A stretch of DNA of 34,900 nt from Craspedostauros australis (taxonomy: Eukaryota). The position numbers were made by a program, and so were the translations under genes. Below, piece after piece: positions 11,801 through 20,400 of this stretch (its first letter is position 1; every line of letters starts with the position of its first letter). The DNA lies in NCBI GenBank assembly GCA_030167865.1, contig JALAGF010001547.1:1-34900 (forward strand), read 5' to 3'. Below the pieces are notes generated by a model. That model had not been told where the DNA came from. It made no database searches and saw only the letters and a list, made by a program, of their open reading frames with translations.

Positions 11801-14526
11801 CCTCCACCACAATGCTTGCAGGAATCATCTCATGCCGCGGTGGTCTCGGTGACTATCGTCCTCGGGGCCTCAAGGATTGGTGCGTCAGCTGGAGATCGGA
11901 GTACTTCGGCAACGTCAGCAAATCCTTTGGGTACTTGCAATACAACACGACAAGTCTCGCCTCGGCAGAGATTGTCGACGACCTCGCTCTTTTGATGACA
12001 GCAAACCGCCTCGATGCGTCCAACAAGGCGAAGATCGCAGCATACATCGAACCTTACGTGATCGACGATAGGCCAAAGGCACTTCGCTACGCACAGCAGC
12101 TTATTGTAGCTTCTGCCGAATTCCAAACTACGAGCATCATCAGTCCAGCCAACACCACCCGAACGTTGCCTGACGGCAACGATGGGCCCACGAAGCCATA
12201 CCGAGCTGTCGTGTATCTCATGTTTCACGGCGGCATGGATTCGCACAACCTGCTCGTGCCCAAGTCAGGATGTGGCAACAAGGATATGTACGAGGAGTAC
12301 AAGAGTGTCCGCAGCGTGCATGCCCTGTCCGAGAGCGAGATGTTGGAGATCGATGCCAACAATCCCGATCAAACATGCACCACATTCGGCATCAACAGCG
12401 CCATCCCTATCCTGCAGGAACGGTACAACAGCAACCAGGCCATGTTCTTCGCCAACCATGGTGTGCTGCAGAAGAAAGTCACCAAGGACAACTGGCAGGA
12501 AACCAAGTCGCCACTCTTCTCCCACAACAGCCAGCAACGAGAGTTCTACCGGGTGGACATCGAAAACGAGGCAGGAGAAACGGGCGTCGGCGGTCGTCTT
12601 ATTGACGTCCTCAAGAGAAACGGCTTCAAAACATCCTCCGGATCCGTCGGCACCAGTTCTGTCCTGCTCTCCGGTTCACCGGAAGACAACAACCCCGTGA
12701 CCGAGTTGCCACACCATTTTCCATCTAATTTTAACTCGAATCCAGAGGTGACAGACATGAACGACCACATGACCGACATCAACGGAGCCAACGACGTGCA
12801 GAGCGGTTTGTTCGGCGATCACTGGGCGACCAAGCTCATTCAATCCATGGCATCCAACAAGGAGATGGTCAACATCTACTACTCGGACGAGTTCAACCCA
12901 ACGGCCACGTTCGGTTCGACCCGTCTTGACAAGAACTTCGAGTCTCTGGCCAGGTGGATGAAGTCGAAGGACCAGCGCAAGGTGGAACGCGAAGCGTTTT
13001 TTGTTCGACAAGGAGGATACGACCTTCACGCAGTGAGCTCACGCAACAACCTCGAGGCTCTTTTGACAGATGTGAACAATGCTCTGAAGAGCTTCATCGA
13101 AGAGATGGAGAATCAAGGCATCTGGGAAGATGTTGTGATTGTTACCGGATCTGACTTCGCTCGAACCCTCACTCTCAACTCCGGCGAAGGCACAGACCAC
13201 GGCTGGGGTGGTGTCGGTTTCATGATGGGCGGCGGGCTCAAGGAGAAGAAGATCCACGGTTTGTACCCCGACGACATCACCAGCAACGGTCGGCTGAACA
13301 TTGGACGTGGCCGACTGATCCCCGAGATGCCTCTGGAGGCGCACTGGCAGCCAGTTGCGCAGTGGATGGGAGTTACAGACTCGTGCGAATTGAGCCACGT
13401 CCTCCCAAACCGAGATAGCTTCGACCGTTGCGATGATCTCTTCGTGGAAGAGGACTTTTTCACGACCAGCACCAGCAAGCGAGCCGACTGCGCCATGCCC
13501 GACGAAGACAGCGACGGCTTGGAGGACTGCAAGGATTTGTGCCCGTCGACCCCGCTTGGGGAAGACGTCAACGAAGATGGGTGCTCCCAGTCCCAGATTG
13601 ATGATGATAGCGATGGCGTGATGAATGACAAGGACAAATGCCCAACGACAACGATGGGCTCGACTGTTGATGGCGATGGCTGCGCACCGGGGGAGACCAA
13701 GGTGCCCACGATGACCCCCTCCGCCGTGCCGTCGATGGGACCCACCGTCTCGGATCGTCCATCCGCTTCGCCAAGCGTCGAGCCCTCCGCACTGCCGAGT
13801 ATTGAACTCACCGAATCGTTGCAACCATCTGACTCACCGTCGACGACACCGTCCGGAAACCCGAGCAACTCGCCATCGGAAATGCCATCTTGGCAGCCAT
13901 CAGAGAATCCGACAGCATCCATCGAACCGTCCACGGAGCCTAGCAGCGGACCATCGTCGTCTTTTCTACCTTCTGACATGCCGTCATCAAACCCGTCAAT
14001 CTCGAACCAGCCATCCGAGATCCCGAGCTTCTCCCCGACACTGTCTGCCGAACCGAGCACGATGCCAAGCGCAGAGCCAGTTCCAGCACAGCCTACGTCG
14101 CAGCCAACAGCCGTGCCAACATCGCAGCCAACATCGCAACCAACATCACAGCCAACGTCGCAGCCAACAGCCGCGCCGACATCGCAGCCAACGTCGCAAC
14201 CAACGTCGCAACCAACGTCACAGCCGACAAAGCCGAGCTGCGAGGTCAGTGGTGGACGTCGCCGACGCCGTCAGGTCAAGGGTGTAATCTTCGGAACGAA
14301 CGGTGGCACGGTGCCTGCTCCCAACACTGGGATCAAGAATCCCAAGGGAACCTTCCCTAACTTTGGGGGTCCAGGCGGTGCCCCTGCCAGTGGTGGTGGC
14401 ACGCCTCCGGTTGGCGTTGGTGTCGGCGGTTCATTGGGAAGTAATCCCAACAAGTGGACAAAGGGCTCTATTTGGGGAAACGGCGGAACTGGTGGTGATG
14501 ATGGGGACGACTGCACTGCAGCCTAG
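5839..14526 (+). CDS. Secreted DUF1800-DUF1501 fusion protein with Cys-rich insertions, TSP3-like repeats and a Pro/Ser/Thr stalk (~2504 aa, 5 exons)
   Basis: Exons: 5839-7395, 7782-9079, 9240-10135, 10339-11397, 11822-14526 (7515 nt, divisible by 3). All four introns are GT..AG, and the junctions read GRY|VYAI, RIRN RWRDNFPK, KHID PDF and SKYG IISC. Signal peptide: MARAMSSSRCIVLALVAASIFAALPSVHA (alternative ATGs at 5776 and 5851). DUF1800 motifs: ARFLEQSTYG, DQLRQRVAFALSQ, PDENFAREIMQLFSIGL, GQLREPLL, PSVFSFFLPEF. DUF1501 motifs: VVYLMFHGGMDSHNLLVP, GGYDLH, SDFARTL..NSGEGTDHGWGG. Confidence 0.9.
7396..7781 (+). other. Intron 1 of the DUF1800-DUF1501 gene (386 bp)
   Basis: gtaagt donor at 7396, cacag acceptor ending 7781; phase 0 joins ORF 5665 to ORF 7728. 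Confidence 0.9.
7433..7564. repeat. Intronic perfect minisatellite (GTGCCTGTTGCA)x11
   Basis: Eleven identical 12-bp units counted directly. It explains the spurious SACC, VAVP and ATGT repeats in the ORF track. Confidence 0.97.
9080..9239 (+). other. Intron 2 of the DUF1800-DUF1501 gene (160 bp)
   Basis: gtaagt donor, aatag acceptor; phase 2 gives aa|t (Asn) followed by RWRDNFPK. Confidence 0.88.
10136..10338 (+). other. Intron 3 of the DUF1800-DUF1501 gene (203 bp)
   Basis: gtgcat donor, branch-like gctaat near 10325, gtag acceptor; phase 1 gives g|at (Asp). The donor is weaker than the others. Confidence 0.72.
11398..11821 (+). other. Intron 4 of the DUF1800-DUF1501 gene (424 bp)
   Basis: gtgagt donor, ttgcag acceptor; phase 1 gives g|ga (Gly). 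Confidence 0.85.
13501..13683 (+). repeat. Two thrombospondin type-3-like Ca-binding repeats (coding)
   Basis: DEDSDGLEDCKDLCPSTPLGEDVNEDGC and DDDSDGVMNDKDKCPTTTMGSTVDGDGC fit DxDxDGxxDxxDxCP...VxxxGC. Confidence 0.8.
13702..14235 (+). repeat. Coding Pro/Ser/Thr 4-residue repeat stalk (PSxx units, then PTSQ units)
   Basis: PSAVPSMGPTVSDRPSASPSVEPS... followed by QPTSQPTAVPTSQPTSQPTSQPTSQPTAAPTSQ, with 12-nt periodicity at about 14090-14232. Confidence 0.92.
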
Positions 14527-15540
14527 CTTGCTTGCTTCGACAGCTTTCAAACACTGGGAAAGAACCAACAGAGGCAAGTCCATCGAAAATTGGCAGCACC
14601 CAACATGATGGCAACATAGACAACATCAATGAGGCTTGTCATGGGCAACCGTCAAACAACATATCGCCAGCTCTCAAGTTTCGGACATCTGGGCATACCA
14701 AATGGTCAAGCGCAGGTGGATGTGGCTCGTGCCTGTCCATCACGTGCACTATATCATATTCAAACATATTCGTATGATATTCCAATACACGTACTCTATG
14801 CATTCCAGAATCCGTCGTTTGGAGCACCTGCGAATACAACGGTTTCGAATCGTCGTGTGCAACCATGATGGGTGAAAAGCAGACGAAAGGAACGTGTGCT
14901 CTCTCGAAGAGCGGAGGGACTCGTGCATCCTCGCCCGCGAATCCTCCAAGGTGACCGCGACAAGAGCGTCGCTGGGTCAAAGTCTTCTCGGGGGTCTGTG
15001 ACGCAGATCAACAGAGCACAGTTTCGGCAGAGCAACGACAGACACGAGATCGTCAGCCAAACGCACCCGCAAGCAGCTGGTTGTGGGGCGGCGACGGCAG
15101 CAGAGCTATCATCACCTTGGAGTTGTGCCGCTTGATCCGTGAACAAAGTCGTTTTGCATTTTTATGATATTAAGATCCTGTTAGCCTGCGCTCGTATTGA
15201 GATTTGTCGCGTGATGCAATACCATACTCTCCTCCCCAGGTCCATTCGTCGCTTGATTGTCGACAGGAACGGAGGAGATCGCGTGGGGGTGTCAGCGCTG
15301 CACGGATTGGAGGTGGGTGATCATTTGTGACGATGGATGCAAAGATGCATGGAGCAATCTGGATTGTCTCGGTCGATTGAGGTTCGATGTAGAGTATGTG
15401 AAAATGTATGGAGCGTACTAATTTGTACCCCCGATGGGAAAAATGGTTGCAGGCCGGCTGATGTTCCGTTCCGACATGCAAGGCTGATGCTGACGGCGCT
15501 GGCGATACACGCGGAGGTGACCGTACCCTTCGCGCTCGTC

Positions 15541-16311
15541 TTACCAGTCCCAGTATGACTCGCTGCCTGATGCGGCCGGCACGGCATGTCCGGCGCCAGG
15601 GTCTTTGAAGCCGCCCGATGCAGCCTCGAGGTTGCTGACGACATGGTCAGCAGATAGTACTTGACGGCATTGCTCCTGCTTCAGGATTTGCTGCAGCAGC
15701 TTCTCCTCTTCCTGGCCGGCTACCTTTGGCTCCGTGGGAGGCATGTACCAGTACGTTTCTTCCTTTGGAGCTTCGTTCACGCCAAGCGGCGGTGTCGGCC
15801 ATTCCCAGTAGCTGTCGGCCTGCTGCTGCAGTTGCTCCTGCGATGCCGAGGCTGCTTTGGCGCTCTGAGGAGCGTTGTTGTCGCTGCCACCATCGTCCAC
15901 GTCACCGGGGGACAGAACGTCGAAATGGGTGCGGATGAGGTGCTCCTCGATGTGCTTCGTGCTGAGAATCTGACGGATGCGATCCTTCTCGAGGATGTCC
16001 TTCAGGATTCGTTCGCGCTCGGCCTTCTTGCCTTGCGATTCGTAGGCCCAGTCCCAGTATGCCTTAGCATCGTCTGACTTCTGCTGCTTCTGCTGTTGCA
16101 ATGGCTGCGAACCAGATGGAGCGGCAGACTTGAGTCCGGTCGCTTGCTGAGGTGCCTTCAAAGGCTGCGAGACCGTCTTCGGCAGTGTTTGTGGGAGCGA
16201 TCTGGTGTCTGGCGGTGGGAGAGCCGCATGGACGATCCCGCCCGCGTTGAGGATGTCAACCGTGCCGTTGAAGTTGACATGCGATCCTTTGAAGGCCTTA
16301 TTTGGTGGCAT
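15541..16311 (-). CDS. Hypothetical protein, 256 aa, with repeated YW[D/E]W motifs and a duplicated helical module
   Basis: Single ORF with ATG and stop. Motifs AYWDW, SYWEW, TYWYM and C-terminal SYWDW. Duplicated segment ILKDILEKDRIRQILSTKHIEEHL / LLQQILKQEQCRQVLSADHVVSNL. This internal structure argues for a real gene. Confidence 0.8.
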   Translation of the reverse strand: MPPNKAFKGSHVNFNGTVDILNAGGIVHAALPPPDTRSLPQTLPKTVSQPLKAPQQATGLKSAAPSGSQPLQQQKQQKSDDAKAYWDWAYESQGKKAERERILKDILEKDRIRQILSTKHIEEHLIRTHFDVLSPGDVDDGGSDNNAPQSAKAASASQEQLQQQADSYWEWPTPPLGVNEAPKEETYWYMPPTEPKVAGQEEEKLLQQILKQEQCRQVLSADHVVSNLEAASGGFKDPGAGHAVPAASGSESYWDW

Positions 16312-17467
16312 CTTGGCTGTTGATCGTGAGAGTGTGGGTGTTGGCGCGTGTACGAGTACTTGTTAGTGGCGATGACGATGGCGGTGTGGACTGTTGTTGA
16401 GTTGTAGAACAGTTGGGTATTGAGCCGTGAGGTGTTGAGCTGTGGGTCCAGTTGCGGATTATGGGCTTGGTGTCCGACTGCTCTCTGCTGGTACGACTAT
16501 GATGGCTCGGACAGTGCGCTCTGAAACCGAAGGCGACGAAACGAAGCCGGATCCGATGGAAAGGAGATGTTCGCCTTGTTGCAGTTGCAGAACCAGGATT
16601 ACAGAAGGGTTCCTTCTGCTGTTGTTGAATGGGAGCTTGGTCGAGAAACACGGAGAGAAGGGGTATGGGAACGAGGAATTGACGAGATTGTCACAAGGTT
16701 CGCAGCCAGTGCGTAGCCGTATCCTTGAGATGCGAGTATGGGAACGAGTTGTGATGCTGACAGTTCCGCCTCGTGGCCGCATCGTACGATTACGTGTACC
16801 GACGATTACGAGAACGACAACCGTATCTCGTCGCGGCGTGCCTGGCGACAACACGGATGGAAGATTGACGCCAAAGGTGATGGCAGAGTTGATGCCGTTC
16901 CCGTTGCTGATGTTTGGTGTCGAGTTTGGGTTCTGGTTGTCATTGCACTTGCGCTTTCTCGTTCCACCAAACACGTCGAGTGATGTCGTGTGTCAATTCT
17001 CTCCACGATTGCAAACCTCCACAAAACACGAGGAATCTTTGCCCACGCAAAGTGCACACGCAGGTTGCTTGGGGGTTCGCGATTTCTCATTGTCCCAAGT
17101 CATCAAAATTGTATAAATATATTAAGGTCTTAATGTTACGTCATATATGGTTCCGTTTCATCGATGGGATTCATGATGTCACTTCTGGACACCATTGTCC
17201 AACGCGAAGACAACCAGAACCTATGGCACGTTTGGGAGCGAGTCCTGTTTCAAACGCGAGGCGAGCCCACAACGGAACCAACACAATCTGCAAACTCCAC
17301 ACAATGTCATGCTCGATGACTCATGGTCGATTACTCATGGGTTTGGCATACCAACACCAATCCTACTACTCCCCGCACGATGGAAAACATTTGCTACGCA
17401 ACATGCCACCACTTTGTATCATATCCAGCGCAAATGCATTTACAATGCTGTCTCTGTGTTGGTACTA

Positions 17468-20400
17468 TTAGCTCTGCTGGCACTCTGCGGGCGTATCATC
17501 AGCGTTCAGCGCCGCCTCGCCAAGACCCGGAACTGCTCTGGCTCGAGTTGCCGGACCGTTGATGGCCTTCATTTTGTGCGCGCTCCCGTCAGGTGTGGCA
17601 GAAAAAATCTTCCTCTTGTTGCCCACAACTGTGCGGGAAGGTGTGGAGTGCTTCGTCGACTTCGACACATTCTCCTTGTCGTTGTTGCTGTCGCTTGGTG
17701 CACCAACAGTGCGGACGAGATGATGGGCATGTCGTTCGCGTCTGCCAACCTTGGATGTGGCAAGCTGTTCCGTCGCATCGCCGACTTGAGCTTTCGTCGC
17801 GGAGTTCATGCGGTTGTCGCCGCGCTGTCCGCGCCCAGCCAATGTGCCTTCGTCCAAATTGGTGGATCTCACCCGCAATGGACGGTTGCGATGGCCGGCG
17901 AGGGGAGACTTCATTGTGCCAGCGACCGTCGCTTCGGACCTTTGCCTCTTGGAGAACGTGCTGGGTTTTGAAAAGTCGATCGTCGGTTCGTTCGTGGCAT
18001 CCAGCTTCATCATCTCAACCTCGTCACGCGCCAACTTCGCCTGCTTCTTCAGTTTCTTGCTCTCGAGCATGAGCTGCAGATTCTCCTGCTCGAGGAACTT
18101 GAACTTCCGTCGCAGGTCGTCCCCACCGGACGCGCCCTCGTTGCGGAGCTCCTCGAGCTGCTTGCCAGTCTCTTCGCGTTCAGCAATGGCCCGAGACAAC
18201 CTCTCCTCTGCCTCGTTGAGTGCCTGCTGCAGGATCTGCCGGGCGGTCACGGCCTCTTGGTAGTCGTTGTGAGACTTCTTCAGGCCTTTGCGAAGGGATG
18301 CGATCTCCTCTTTGCAGTCCTCCACGTCCTTGGCGTTTGAGGTGCGCCGCAAGCCACCTTCAGCATTGCCCTCCAACGCAATCAGCTTGTTGCAGATGTC
18401 CGAGATGGCTTGCTTTGCGGAGGTTTCCTTGCGCAGACTCGGAATCGAGGACCGGATCATCTGCATCATGGACGTCTTCTCTTCTTCCGCCTGCTGCAGT
18501 TGCGTCGAGTACTTGCGTATCTTCTTCTCCATCACTTCCTTGTGAAACCGGAGCTCCGACGTCTCGGCACCTCCAGACGTGGAGGCGATCTCCTGTCGCA
18601 ATCGATCAATCTCGGTCACGTGCTTCTGAAGGTCCGCTGCAGCCACCTTCAGCTCCTTCTCGAATGTATCCCTCTCCTTCCGCATGCGCTTGATGTTCGC
18701 GTACTGCTCCTTCGTAAGTCTCACGGCCTCGAGCTTCTTGATGCGCGCATCCTTCGTCTTCATCTCCGAGATGAGCTCCCCGATGCGCCCTTCCAGCTCA
18801 TTCGCACGGGTCTTTGCTGATGCCGCCATCTCCGATGCCGTCCTCGACGCCGCAACGCTGTCTCGCATGGTCTGGACCTGCCTCTCCTTGGTGGCGAGCT
18901 GCGATTTGAGATTGTCCATCGCAGCGCTCTGATGCAGAAGCTGCTTCTCTAAACCTTCCACCTCCTCAAGTGATGCCAGGCGCTGCTGGTGCTGCTGCTG
19001 GTGCTGCTGTTGTTGCAATGCCAGCTTGGCCTCGCGCTGCTTCAGCTTGTCTCTCTCATCTTGGATGGCGCGCACGTCTGCTTCGACCCTGGAGAGCTTG
19101 CGTCGGAGCATGTTGGCCTCGCTCTTGGATGAGTCGAGGTTCTCCTGTGCCTTGTGCAGCTTCGATTTCAAGTCATCCACAGCGCCGCGTTGGGAGTAGG
19201 TCTCCATCTTCGCAGCACTGAGCTCAGACATGGCTGTTGAGAGCTGGGCACCCTGCGATGACAGCCGGGCTTCCAGATTCACCTTCTCCTTCTCCGTCTG
19301 CAGAACCTTCTTCTCTGCATGGTCGGCTCGGTCACGCAGCACCTCCAGCTGCTGGCGTGCTGCGTAGCCCTCAGAGTCCGACGCCTTCAGCGCTGTACGA
19401 AGATCTTCCGCCTCCGCTCGGAGCTTGTGCATGCGTTGCTCGCCTTCCTGAATCAGAGCTCGTTGCTCGTCTCCCATCTGGCGCCGGAGGGTGGATTCCG
19501 ACTCCTCCCGTTCGCACTTCGCCTGCTCCAGTGCAAGTCGCATCTCCTCGTTGTCTCGGCCGAGTTCATCGATCTGGAAGTGCAGGTCTGCGATGCTGCT
19601 GTTCGAGTTCCCTTGGCCTGTTGCTCGAGGCGATTCCATGGACTTCAGCTCTTCCTCCAGCTGCACATTCCGATAAAGCAGATCCTCGAGCTCCCTCTCC
19701 TTCGCCTTCAGCTCGTCATCGGCGGCGATCGCAGCTGATCGCGCTTCCTCCACGCTGGCGTTCGACACATCCAACAGATGCTTCAGATCTTGGTTCACCG
19801 ATTCCAGCTCTTGGATCTTGCGCTGCGTCGACTCCAGCGTCGCCACTTGCTTCTTCAGCTTGTCGCACTGTTCACGAGCCGATTCCAGATCCTTCGACAT
19901 GGCGGAGACCTCCTCATACTGGCTCTCCAGCGCTGACATGGAGGCGTCCCGCTCCCCCTCAAGGTTGCGAAGCTTGGACATGAGCGATTCTCGAGACTGC
20001 TGCAGTTCCTGCACCGCGGCTTCATGCGCCGCACTTTGTTCCTCCATGGTGCGCTGCATCGACTCTTGCTGCGAATGAGATTCATCGACTTGCTCCATCA
20101 GCTGGTGGCTTTTCTCTTCCATCGCGCGCAGCTGCTCGCCAACGTGCGCGGCCATCTCCGCCTCGTTCCTGGCGGCAAGGAGCAGCTGCCTCATCTCATC
20201 TGCTTCATTCTCCGCAGCCTGAAGCTTCGCACGGATCACCTTTGCGTCGTCCTCTACGTCGGTGCGTTCCTTTCGGGTTTCCAGCAGCGTTGCCTCCACC
20301 GTCTGCTTCTCATACGCGAGTCTGATGTTGTCGTCGATCGCTTCTTCCAGATCTGTTTGGATCACTTGCGAAAGCTCATGAAGTCGTACGGATTGGTCCG

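Noticed and set aside
16442-17471. ORFs of 170-224 aa between the YWDW gene and the kinesin
   Set aside because: Overlapping on both strands with no recognisable motif or coding-like composition; probably UTR and promoter.
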